Shown: piece by piece, positions 1 through 9,795 of the stretch | Numbering within the stretch: the first letter of the stretch is position 1 | Layout: each line of letters opens with the position of its first letter | Source of the DNA: an uncultured Solirubrobacterales bacterium | GTDB lineage: Bacteria; Actinomycetota; Thermoleophilia; Solirubrobacterales; Solirubrobacteraceae | NCBI GenBank assembly: GCA_963718735.1 | Contig: OY970372.1 | Coordinates: 1,796,366-1,860,365 of the forward strand | Length of the DNA stretch: 64,000 nucleotides | Reading direction: 5' to 3' | Program-made: the position numbers and the translations under genes | Notes under the pieces: model-generated | Databases searched by the model: none | What the model saw: the letters and a program-made list of their open reading frames with translations, nothing else | Told to the model about the DNA's origin: nothing

Positions 1-286
1 TGGGCATGCAGCTCGCGGATACGCTGCCAAGCGGGTGCTTGTTTCGAACTTCGTCCCGTCAAGCCCGTTTTTCGCCAGGCGCGTGAGCGTAGTTCGGGGC
101 TTTGCCGACGATGCCGATAAATGGATTCTCACTTGGCGTCGGCCGGGCGTCACCTATGGTTTGGTCGTATCGGCACGAGAACACGACTCTGGCGCACATG
201 GCTAGGCCAGCGGACTTTGGCGGTTCGGTGGCGCACATCCGGGCATGGGCAATCCACCTGAGGCTGCTGGCCCGGCCCGCGTCATC

Positions 287-1474
287 ATGTCGCGCGAGCA
301 GCTCGAGGCGCGCCGTGAGCAGCGGCGCAGAGTTGAGGCCAGGCGCAGGCGACGACGACTCCTGTTGATTGGGGCTCCTCTGGTTGGCCTGCTCGCCTGG
401 GCGATCAGCTCCTACGGGATCTGGATGCTGAGACCGACGAGCATGTCGTTCGGGGCCCGAAGCGTCGAGTGGGTAAGAGCTGAGGTGCCCTTCGGGAACA
501 CGATCGTCGACGACGTCGAGCACATCTATTACACCGCAAACGCACCGAAGAAGGGCGGATCGGCGCCAAAGCGGGTGCCGGCGGTCGGGTTGACCCTGCG
601 GCGCGGCAGGCAGACCGCGACTTGGCCGCCGCCGATCAAGCCGGTGTTCGCGCATCGGCTGCCCGGGGAAGGGATCTGGAAACCGACAGGGCCGCCCGTC
701 GACGGCGGGCCGCCGGTGCTGGTGACAAGCTTCCGCCCCGAAGCTGAATATCCAGAGCTGCTCGCCTATGTGGCCTGGTTCGACCACACGCGCACCGCGA
801 TCGGCTATTACCCGGGACGCTACGAGCCGCCCAGCGCGACCGTGCGCGGGCCAATGATGGTGCCCTACGGTCAACGCTGGCGGCTGCTCGCGACCTTCAA
901 CGGCGGCTTCACCTACGAAGATGGGGAAAACGGCTCGACCGTCAACGGTCAGATCAACGAGCCGCTGAAGGACGGCAAGGCCACGCTCGTCGGCTATCGC
1001 GACGGTCGCGTCGAAATCCTCAAGTGGGGCAGCGGCCCGAACGCGGGGCCAGACGTCGCTTGGGCGCGGCAGAGCCTCGCGCCGATCGTATGGAACGAGC
1101 GCCTGAATCCCGCCCTGAACGAAAACCCCAACAGTCCAGAATGGGGGTTCACGCTCGGCGGCGTCACGCGCGTGTGGCGCACAGGCGTCGGCATCGATCA
1201 CCGCGGCAATCTGATCTTCGTCGCTGCCGAAGGCCAGACGGTGATTTCGATCGCGAAGCTCCTCCAGCACATCGGCGCGGTGCGTGCGATGGAGTTCGAC
1301 ATCAACCCCGACTGGCACACGCTGATCACCTACACCCACGACCAGGGGCTCGTTTCGAAGATGGTTGAGCCCCAACCCCACCAGTCCTCCGATCGTTACC
1401 TCGTCCCCGACGACCGCGACTTCTTCGCCGTCTATCGTCGTCTGCCCGATCCGATCACGGTTCCCTTGAGGTAG
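287..1474 (+). CDS. Phosphodiester glycosidase (NAGPA/DUF2233-like) family membrane-anchored protein
   Basis: ORF 245..1474, likely ATG at 287. Arg-rich N-terminus plus one TM (LLLIGAPLVGLLAWAI). Motifs ATFNGGF, WRTGVGID, AMEFDINP resemble the family's RTAxG and AxNLDGG motifs. Confidence 0.6.
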   Translation: MSREQLEARREQRRRVEARRRRRRLLLIGAPLVGLLAWAISSYGIWMLRPTSMSFGARSVEWVRAEVPFGNTIVDDVEHIYYTANAPKKGGSAPKRVPAVGLTLRRGRQTATWPPPIKPVFAHRLPGEGIWKPTGPPVDGGPPVLVTSFRPEAEYPELLAYVAWFDHTRTAIGYYPGRYEPPSATVRGPMMVPYGQRWRLLATFNGGFTYEDGENGSTVNGQINEPLKDGKATLVGYRDGRVEILKWGSGPNAGPDVAWARQSLAPIVWNERLNPALNENPNSPEWGFTLGGVTRVWRTGVGIDHRGNLIFVAAEGQTVISIAKLLQHIGAVRAMEFDINPDWHTLITYTHDQGLVSKMVEPQPHQSSDRYLVPDDRDFFAVYRRLPDPITVPLR

Positions 1475-1867
1475 CTCAGGCTCAGCCAAAGCGCTCGGTA
1501 CGAGTATCTGCGGCTGCAAGCGTGAGTCTGTGCGGCTCGATCCGGAGTTTGCGGAAGGCCCTGATTAGGGCGGAGCGTGATCACAAAACAGCTTCGTCGC
1601 TGATCCGCAAGGTCTTGACGCAGTATCTCAATGTCACCTGATTGCCTCGGCCGCCCGCTGGCGCGCTTGCCGCCCATCCGGCTCCATTAGCTGCTCAAGC
1701 AGCCGGTCCAGAAGGGCGCTGGGGTTCGCGCTTTGTCCCGGTCTCCCCGCCTCCTTGGTGTGTCCCGGTCTCAGTCGCTCAGGGCAGATTGAGTACCAGC
1801 AGGATGGCGCGGAGCGCCCCAACGACCAGGAAGTCCGGATCGCTGTCGCGAACGCATGCCGCCTTGA

Positions 1868-3295
1868 TCAACCGTGATAGGCGGGGCTCACCACTTCGAG
1901 CTGGCTCCATGGGATCGCGTCGAGAACGTCATAGGGATTGCCCAGAAGCGCATCGTATGGGTTTGGCGCCCCCGCCTGGATAAGCGGAGTGGTGTCCTGC
2001 GCCTGGAGTGCCACCGCTCCAGCGGTATCGCCCACGATCATCCCATAGCGCTTGATGGCCGTTGCGATCTCGAGCGCTGGCGGGCTGAGGTGCAGCGCGC
2101 TCAGGTCGAGCTTCGGATTCAACCGGAAGCGGGTGCCCTCGGGTATCGCGTCGGCGCTCGAAGAAGCCCCGTCGGTTCGGTCGGCCGGCCAAACGAACCC
2201 GCTGCGTGCGGTTTCGGGAACAGAGACTTCCAGCGCATGGTCGATGACGCCATGTTCGAGATCTTCCAAGTGAATCTGACCGCCGAAGAGCGAGAGGCCG
2301 GAAGCACCTGCACCGAACGGAGCCGGGAAGATGCCGTTACTGGTGTAGGCGTCGACGATCTCGCCCCCCCAGCAGGCCGTCCATCGCCCTGATTCCTCGA
2401 GCACGCGCCACAGCTCCCACAGGTGTCCCGTTGAGGGCTGCCAGACGATCACCTCTTTGTCGGCGCCTGCAGCCGGCATGGCATCTGTCGGCAACGGCAC
2501 GGCTTCTATCTGGCCTTGAAAGCCAGAGAAGACCCCTCCCGGGCGCGGGCAGATCGAGCTCTCGCCGACCAGGGCGATCGTCGGCGCATTCCGCGCCACG
2601 ACATAGACGGGCGCGCTCCATTCGGTCGTATTGATAACCACATGCCCGTAGTACCTTTTGATCTGATTGGTGAGGGCACTCACGAGCGCGGCGGAGTTGC
2701 TCGCAATCGGAGACGTCGCCCCCAGCGGCTGGTTGAAAACGCTCCCGGAGGCGAACAGGCGGAGGGATTCGGGGGAGCCTTCGACCGACGCGCTCCCGGA
2801 TGTGCCGTTTCCGGGGAGTTGACCGACCGTCGTGGTCGACGGGCCGCGACTCGACGAGATAGTGGACGCGGAAGCACCGCTGCCGGAAACATGCGAGCCG
2901 GTCATCGAGACTGGAATGCGCTTGCTATTCGCACGGCAGCGCTTGGCGCGCCGACAGGCAGTCGCACCGTGATGGCGACGACGGCGGGGGCGACGGGCAT
3001 GGCGCCTTGCCCTCGCGCCGGCCTTGGCGGTGGTCCTGTGCCGCGTTAGATGAGCTGCCCTAGATTGCGCTGCCCCAGCGCTGGCGGTCGCGCCACCGAA
3101 AGACGGCATTGCGCAGAGCAGGAAGGCAGACAGTGCCACCGTGGCGAGCAGATGACGGAACAAAGCTAGCCTCGCGGTGAGCGATGGGGCCTCGTGGTAA
3201 GCGCAGGGGCCTTGGGGCTGGGAATGCTCGACAGCATGCCACAGAGATCGGACTCGACGGACCAACGGTGTAGCCACCGCTGGCCAGATAGACAA
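1868..3295 (-). CDS. Secreted hypothetical protein (hydrophobic signal, Arg-rich and Ser/Gly-rich linker, conserved-looking C-terminal domain)
   Basis: 475-aa ORF with a signal-like segment LLATVALSAFLLCAMP and a globular C-terminus (WQPSTGHLWELW, GASGLSLFGG, IDHAL, IPEGTRFRL, RYGMIVGD). True start uncertain. Confidence 0.6.
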   Translation of the reverse strand: MSIWPAVATPLVRRVRSLWHAVEHSQPQGPCAYHEAPSLTARLALFRHLLATVALSAFLLCAMPSFGGATASAGAAQSRAAHLTRHRTTAKAGARARRHARRPRRRRHHGATACRRAKRCRANSKRIPVSMTGSHVSGSGASASTISSSRGPSTTTVGQLPGNGTSGSASVEGSPESLRLFASGSVFNQPLGATSPIASNSAALVSALTNQIKRYYGHVVINTTEWSAPVYVVARNAPTIALVGESSICPRPGGVFSGFQGQIEAVPLPTDAMPAAGADKEVIVWQPSTGHLWELWRVLEESGRWTACWGGEIVDAYTSNGIFPAPFGAGASGLSLFGGQIHLEDLEHGVIDHALEVSVPETARSGFVWPADRTDGASSSADAIPEGTRFRLNPKLDLSALHLSPPALEIATAIKRYGMIVGDTAGAVALQAQDTTPLIQAGAPNPYDALLGNPYDVLDAIPWSQLEVVSPAYHG

Positions 3296-3417
3296 ATGAG
3301 CGGAGTCTTGCAGGCCGGGTTGGTAGCTCGGCGAGCCCGTTGGTGCGGGGTGCGATTGGGCTCGCGAAGGTCCTGGAGCGCAAGAAATGAGCCTCCGTTT
3401 CAGTTTTCTCTACGCCT

Positions 3418-5938
3418 ATGGATGGTTTGTTGAGGTCTGGATGCCTTGGTCGTTGCTTGATCATCTCTCTAGCACTGGTTGCCTCGAGTCAGCCTGCCTT
3501 CGCAAGCTGGTCACCACTGGTCGGGGGTCGTGAAAGCCGGTCGCTCCCGCGGAGCACAAAGACGGCAACGGCCGTGGCGCGCGGGGGCAATCTCGTCCTC
3601 CATCCGACCGCCAGGCGCTCGCAGAGCGATCTGGCCAGCTGCTATGCGATCGCTGCGCTCACCGGAGGCGCGGCGCGCTTCACCGGCTCGCCGCGCAGTT
3701 CAAATGGTTCAGCTTTTCTGAACATAGGTCGTTACCGCCATCCCCTCATGCTGACTCAGTCGGCCACCTGCGCGCCAAGGGTGGTGGTGGGTCATGCGTA
3801 CACCGCCTCTCTTCGCTATCGCGGCACGGCCCGCGCGAGCTTCGAGGTGCTTGCCCACTCACAAACCGGCTGGCACGCCTGGTACGTCGCCGCCACGAGA
3901 CTGAAGGCGAGCAAGTCACTCACGAAGATCTCTGTGCTGCTGCGACCAATCCAGGGGGGAGTGGACCGAGTGGCCTTTGGCGTGCTCCTGCGCTCGCGTG
4001 GGTCGTTGCAAAGCACCAACTTCTCGTTGACCGACAGCTCGGCGGCCCCGGGCGTGTCCTCGCCGCCACTCAACGGATCCCACGGCTTCCCGACCCCCCT
4101 GTCCTGGCCGAGCTCGAGCACTCCGATGACCGAAGTGATTCCGTCAGGCGAAAAAGGACTGCCAGCCGAAGAAGCCCCGCCCAACGAAGAGACGCCACCC
4201 GCGGTGGGCGGCAAGTGGAAGGTCGTCACGGGCGTCGATAAAGCCCGCTCGGTTCACGCGATACTGCTCCAGAACGGCAAGCTCCTGATCATGGCCGGCT
4301 CTGGCAACGACCGGATGGAGTTCGAAGAAGGCAAGTTCAAGTCCTACCTGTACGACCCGGCGGCCGAAACGTGGAGGGAACTGACCACTCCCAAGGACGT
4401 CTTCTGCTCAGGCCACGTGCAGCTCGCCGACGGCAACGTGCTGATCCTTGGCGGCACGAGCGCCTACCCGGAAGCGCCCAAGCCCGGGGAATACCCGAGC
4501 ACCATTTACAAGGGCGAGAACATGAGCTGGATCTTCAACATCCGCTCTGAAAGATATGAACAAGTTCCTTATGACGAAGCCAAACCGAATAACCAGAGCG
4601 AACCTGGGCCCCTGCTCAGCGGCACGTGGTACCCGAGCGCCACCGAGCTCGGCAACGGCGACGTCATCTCCTTCGGCGGCCTGAACGAGCAAGGCGCAGG
4701 CACCACAAACACCAACTACTTCACCGATCCCGCCAACGAAGGCACGAACGGCGATCCGGCGGGCCAATGGGTCGGGTGGGGCTGCGACCAAGCTCCAGCA
4801 AACGTACTCGTGGTTCTGGGGCCTGTACCCCTCGATCATCCTGACCGCCGACGGCCGGCTCTTCTACGACGGCAGCCACGTGTTCGGAAACGGGCTGGAG
4901 GGCGATCCGCAGGCTCCCAGCGGCTCCTCGCTCTACGACTTCTACTGCACGTCTGGCAAGACGCTCGCGCAGGAAGAAGAAGAACGAAACAAAACCAATC
5001 CCGACGCCGAAGTCGAAGGTCCCAAGGGTGTTGTGTTCAAACGCGTGACAGACACCCCGGGTCTACGCGAACCGAACATGCGCGACCAGTCGGCGTCGCT
5101 GCTGCTCCCACCCGCGCAGAGCCAGAAGGTGATGATTATGGGTGGAGGCAACACCTACGAACCGAACAAGAACGCGATCGGACTCACCGACGAGATCGAC
5201 CTCCAGGAAGCGAACCCGCACTGGACCGCAGGGCCCAACCTGCCGCGTGGCTCGATGGAAGACAGCTCGATGGAGCCCCCGGGCGCCGGCAAGATGTACG
5301 TCTCGGCCGTCGCGCTGCCAGACGGCAGCGTGCTCGAGACGGGCGGCTCGCTGCACCCGCGCGCTGAAAACGTCCACGAGGCGTCGATCTTCGACCCCTC
5401 CACCAACTCCTTCAACCCGGTTCTCGCCGATCCCGTCGGCCGCAACTACCACTCCGAGGCGCTGCTGCTGCCCGACGGTCGCGTCATCGCGCTCGGCTCC
5501 AATCCCGCCGATCCCGCCACCGGCGCGGAAAGCTTCGAGGCACGCATCTCCGTCTACGAACCCCCGTACCTGTTCAAGGGCTCACGCCCTGTGCTCCAGC
5601 TCATCGACGGAGAAGCCAACCGCCTCGAAGGTGGGGTCAACCAGACCAAGCAGTGGGAATACGGGACCGAGCACACCCTCGGCTACACATCTTCCTCGCC
5701 AGTCACCAAGGCAGTGCTGATCCGCCCGGCGGCGGTGACCCATTCCTCCGACCCCAACCAGCGAGAGGTCGCGCTCCCGATCTCGAGCGACGAAAAAGGC
5801 GAGCTCACCGTGAGCCTCACCTCCAACGAGGACATCGCCCCACCGGGCTACTACATGGTGTTCCTCGTCAACTCGAGCGGCGTCCCGTCGGTGGCTCAGT
5901 GGGTCCACGTCGGAGCGCAGGGTGCGCCCACTCTCTAG
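3418..5938 (+). CDS. Copper radical oxidase, AA5/galactose-oxidase (GlxA-like), with N-terminal CBM-like domain, kelch propeller and C-terminal DUF1929; one +1 frameshift near 4778-4781
   Basis: FCSGH (cofactor Cys), WYPS (cross-link Tyr), RNYHSEALLLPDGRV (Tyr/His ligands), VTHSSDPNQR (His) and APPGYYMVF. Removing one G from GGGG at 4778-4781 joins ORFs 3418.. and 4880..5938 through WFWGLYPSIIL. Confidence 0.85.
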
Positions 5939-7541
5939 CCGCTATGACAAAGACCACCTTCATATATCCACGCGACCGCTTGGACCGGCCGTGAGCGTCG
6001 CGGTAGGCGTCCCGCGACATTCGTTCGCCGGCCATGGTCGGACGCTGGCGGGGGACCGACAAAGTGCCCTTGCTGGTGTGCTCGCCGTGATCCCCTGGGT
6101 TCTACTCGGCCTGTTCCTAGCCGCCGAGCTGGTCGTCGCCTCGATGCAGTTCGGCGGACCGTTCCTCGACGAGGGGATCTACGTGGCGGCCGGCCTGCGC
6201 ACGCTGCAGGGCCACGGGCTCGGCGACGACTACCTGTCGTGGTTCTCGGGCTCGCTCATGTGGCCTGTGCTGGCCGCGCTCGGATGGAAGCTCTTGGGAC
6301 TCGCGGGGGCCAGGGCGGCGGCAGCGATCTGCGTCACCATCGGCCTGGCCGGCGTGCTGAAGGCCAGCGGCAATCTGTTCGGCGCGCGGGTGCGCGCGGC
6401 GACGGCGCTGGGCGCGCTCACCAGCGGGCCGATCGTCGCGCTCGGGCATCTCGCCGTGTACGACACGCTCGCCGTAGGGGCGGCGGGCGGCGCCTTCTGG
6501 GCGATGACCGAGTTCTTGCGACAAGACAACCGTGCGTGGCTATGCGCCTCGGCGCTCCTCTACGCGCTCGCGGGGCTTGCAAAGTACCCGGTGCTGCTTT
6601 TCATCGGACCGCCGTTGATGCTGCTGGTGCTGGCCATCCGCGGTAGGCGCGCGGGGATGGATCTCGGGCTGTTCCTGTTTCTGGCCGGTGCTGTACTGCT
6701 CATCTACTTCCTCGCCGATCGCACCCAGCTGACGGCCTTCGAGGCGTTTCGCCTGCAGAACAACCCCAACTTCCAGGTAGCCCGAAATCAGATCGCCTAT
6801 TCGCAGCTATATCTCACGATCGTGCCGCTGATCCTCGCGGTGACCGGGGTAATCCTTGTAAGGGGCAGGCGGCTGATCGCACTCGCGCTGCTCACCGGGG
6901 CGATCGGCGCTCCGATCTATCACCTCGCCGGCGGCAATCCGTCGGGAGATCAGAAGCATGTGGTGTTCGCTCTGCTTTTCATGCTCCCGCTTATCGGGGT
7001 GACACTCAGCCACGCCATGCGGCGCTGGAGGCTCGTGCTTGCAATACCGGCGCTGGCGGGCCTCGCGGCGTTCGGGCTCGTCCAGATGGTGCGCATCGAC
7101 GAGGGTTGGCCGGATCTGCGCGCCGTCTCCTCGGTGCTTCTCCACGACGTGCGCCCAGGGGAACGGCTGCTGGCCAACTCCGCATGGGTGGAGGCCGCAT
7201 ACCTCTATGACCACGGCAGGATCGAAAGCCCATATGACCTCTATGACGCCTCCCGCGTTGCGCGCCTGGCCAGTCCGGTGGACGTTTGCGCCTTCCAATG
7301 GCTCATCGAAGTGCCAGGCGAGGAACCCTGGCCGACGTCGATCCGCCTGGCGATGCGCCGCTGCCGAACTTTTCACAAGGTCTACTCCTCCACCGCGACG
7401 GTGACGGGTCTCGGAAACAACTTGCGATTCGTCACCTACCGGGCGCCCATCGAAGTGTGGAGGAACGAGCAGGTCGATCTGAGACCTGGATATGGACCAT
7501 CAACCGCGAGATCGAGATCAAGGACGGTCAGAGCGCGATGA
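5922..7541 (+). CDS. GT-C fold membrane glycosyltransferase (ArnT/PMT_2/GT39-like)
   Basis: FLDEGIY acidic motif after the first TM, about 11-12 hydrophobic helices, AKYP motif and an extracellular C-terminus. Real start probably later (about 5992-6077). Confidence 0.75.
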   Translation: MRPLSSRYDKDHLHISTRPLGPAVSVAVGVPRHSFAGHGRTLAGDRQSALAGVLAVIPWVLLGLFLAAELVVASMQFGGPFLDEGIYVAAGLRTLQGHGLGDDYLSWFSGSLMWPVLAALGWKLLGLAGARAAAAICVTIGLAGVLKASGNLFGARVRAATALGALTSGPIVALGHLAVYDTLAVGAAGGAFWAMTEFLRQDNRAWLCASALLYALAGLAKYPVLLFIGPPLMLLVLAIRGRRAGMDLGLFLFLAGAVLLIYFLADRTQLTAFEAFRLQNNPNFQVARNQIAYSQLYLTIVPLILAVTGVILVRGRRLIALALLTGAIGAPIYHLAGGNPSGDQKHVVFALLFMLPLIGVTLSHAMRRWRLVLAIPALAGLAAFGLVQMVRIDEGWPDLRAVSSVLLHDVRPGERLLANSAWVEAAYLYDHGRIESPYDLYDASRVARLASPVDVCAFQWLIEVPGEEPWPTSIRLAMRRCRTFHKVYSSTATVTGLGNNLRFVTYRAPIEVWRNEQVDLRPGYGPSTARSRSRTVRAR

Positions 7542-9217
7542 ACAACGACACAGTTGATCGAGACCAATTCGCCCGCGCTGCGGGAGTGGCGCTGTTGCTC
7601 TCAACAGCATGGTTCGTTCCCTGGCTGATCGGCCACGCCGACATGTCGAAGGCGTGGCTCAGCATCCCCTTCGTGCTCGCCACCCTGATCGTGGCCGCGG
7701 CCTCGCTCGTATCGGTTGTCAACCGCTGGCAGCGGGCGGAGCCCGAACGGACGCCCCTGCCAGCTGGGGCCGAGCCCACAGTCGCCGTGATCATCCCGAC
7801 GCTCGGTGAGCCACTCGAGCTGCTGGAGGCGACTGTGCGCTCGGTATTCGATCAAGACTGGCCGCTCGAGCGCCTGTGGGTGCTCGTCAGCGACGACGCC
7901 CGCGATGCGCGCGTGCGCGGACTGGTCAAGCGCCTCGCCCGAATATATCCAGAGGCGAGCCTGCGCTATCACAGGCCGCCAAGACCGGGGAACCCGCGTC
8001 GTAATGGCGAAGCCAAGGCCGGCAATCTCAATTCCGCGCTCACGCTGTTGCCGGCACATGTCGACTTCGTGGAGACACGCGACGCCGACGATCTCGTGGG
8101 CGACCGATGCTTCCTGCGGGAGACGGTGGGCCAGCTGTTGCACCGAGAGAAGCTTGCCTTCGTGCAAACCGAAAAGGCTGGCGAGGTCGCCCCAGGCGAC
8201 CCGTTCGACAATCAGCAGCCCCATTTCTTCCGGTGCGCGATGCGCTCGCGATATGCGGCCAACGCGGTATTTCCCTGTGGGTCGGGCGTAGTGTGGCGGC
8301 GCAGCGCGCTGCGCGAGATCGGCGACTTCCCGACCTGGAACTTGGTGGAGGATCTGCAATCGGGCATGGAGGCTCTTCGGTTGGGGTGGGATGGCTGCTA
8401 CCTACCGATCCTTGGCGCCTATGCGCAGCATTCGCCGGAGGATCTCCCGAACTTCATCAAGCAGCGCGGCACCTGGGCGCTCGACACGATCAGGCTCACC
8501 CTGTGGGCCCCCAAGCGCGGTTTGAATCTGCGCCAGCGCCTGCAGTTCTACGAGCTCGGGCTCTTCTACATGCAGGGCCCAGCCACGCTCGTGTTCCTGC
8601 TCTCCCCGATCCTCGGCTTTACGTTGCACTGGTATCCCGTGATCACGAGCACCAGTGGCTTTGTGCTGCACTTCTGGCCGTTCGCAGTGGCGCTCGAGCT
8701 CCACCTAGCGCTCGTGCACAGGCCGATGTCCTTCGAGCAGCTGTGGCGCGCGCGGCTGGTGTGGGCAGGCCTCTGCTTCGCGTATGCGCGCGCGCTCGTG
8801 CTGGCCGTGACCGGCGGTCGCAACGGCAAGCCGCGCTATGTGGTTACGCGCAAGGAGAACCGATACGCCTTGCACTGGCGAGAGATAGCGCCCCACATCG
8901 TGCTCCTCACTCTGCTGGCAGGCTCGATGGCGTGGTCGCTCGCTCATCACGACGTCTTGAGAAGCTTCGACGTCGGCTCGGCTTACTGGGCGGTCCTCTA
9001 CAGCCTGTTCCTGCTCGGCTTCGTTCGGCTCGGCTGGCATGGCGTGCGCAAGCCATCCACCGGCATCGCTCCCCCGGTCCTCTACGCCGCTAGGGGACCG
9101 CTCGGCACAGTGAGGGCGGCCACGAGCGCCCCTGTCATGGCGGGCGTCAGACATTCGACCACCAGCCCCTCCCCGATCTCGCTACCGATGTCGGCCACCT
9201 TGCCGATTCGTGAGTGA
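7538..9217 (+). CDS. Cellulose-synthase-like processive GT2 (CslA-like), no PilZ domain
   Basis: ATGA overlap with the upstream stop. VSDD, KAGNLN, DADD, VQT, FPCGSG, VEDL and KQRGTW motifs, with N- and C-terminal TM helices. Confidence 0.85.
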   Translation: MNNDTVDRDQFARAAGVALLLSTAWFVPWLIGHADMSKAWLSIPFVLATLIVAAASLVSVVNRWQRAEPERTPLPAGAEPTVAVIIPTLGEPLELLEATVRSVFDQDWPLERLWVLVSDDARDARVRGLVKRLARIYPEASLRYHRPPRPGNPRRNGEAKAGNLNSALTLLPAHVDFVETRDADDLVGDRCFLRETVGQLLHREKLAFVQTEKAGEVAPGDPFDNQQPHFFRCAMRSRYAANAVFPCGSGVVWRRSALREIGDFPTWNLVEDLQSGMEALRLGWDGCYLPILGAYAQHSPEDLPNFIKQRGTWALDTIRLTLWAPKRGLNLRQRLQFYELGLFYMQGPATLVFLLSPILGFTLHWYPVITSTSGFVLHFWPFAVALELHLALVHRPMSFEQLWRARLVWAGLCFAYARALVLAVTGGRNGKPRYVVTRKENRYALHWREIAPHIVLLTLLAGSMAWSLAHHDVLRSFDVGSAYWAVLYSLFLLGFVRLGWHGVRKPSTGIAPPVLYAARGPLGTVRAATSAPVMAGVRHSTTSPSPISLPMSATLPIRE

Positions 9218-9679
9218 GTCGTCGTCTCGGCGAGCGCTCAAAGCCAGCAAAGCCAGCAGGACGGCGAGGGCAACGCCAACCGTGAGGATCGGGGCGTCGC
9301 TTCCGAGGAAACGTTCGACGAGATCGCGCGGAGCCGCCTGTGGCGCCCGCGGGCGGGGGCGGGGGCGCAGCGAGGCCGCCACCGCTCTCATCCTGGCGAG
9401 GGTAGCGACGCTCGGATAGCCGGTGATCGGCAGCCTGTACTTGCGTTGAAAGTAGGAGAGGGCGCCTCGGGTGCGCACACCCAGGCGACCTGTCCGTTCT
9501 TTGCCAAGCGGATAGCCGAGCTCATGGAGGAGACGCTGCGCCTCGACGACCTTCGCGCGGGACGGCGCACGATGGGCGGCGAGGGCCAGGCCGCTCGGCA
9601 CCATCGCCAACAGCGCGATCAGTGCGATCCTTGGGGCAGCCCGGCGGCAAGCAGGTGCAAGGTGACGCAAACGAACCAT
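9182..9679 (-). CDS. Peptidoglycan-binding domain (PG_binding_1) protein with signal peptide and C-terminal TM
   Basis: VVEAQRLLHELGY...GRLGVRTRGALSYFQRKYRLPITGY is a typical PG-binding repeat. Confidence 0.75.
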   Translation of the reverse strand: MVRLRHLAPACRRAAPRIALIALLAMVPSGLALAAHRAPSRAKVVEAQRLLHELGYPLGKERTGRLGVRTRGALSYFQRKYRLPITGYPSVATLARMRAVAASLRPRPRPRAPQAAPRDLVERFLGSDAPILTVGVALAVLLALLALSARRDDDSLTNRQGGRHR

Positions 9680-9795
9680 CAACTTGCCAGTTTTCCACGT
9701 CTCGGCTCGGCTTCCTCTCCAAAGGCAGGCCTCCCAGGCACGAAGGCGTCAGCACCCCACCCACATAGCCGATCAAGGACCTATGGTTTGAAAAC

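Noticed and set aside
59-1519. Long antisense or overlapping ORFs (e.g. 59..1519, 30135..30809 extension, 32479..33774, 39695..40834)
   Set aside because: Typical high-GC shadow frames: Arg/Ala/Gly-rich, motif-free and overlapping well-supported genes.
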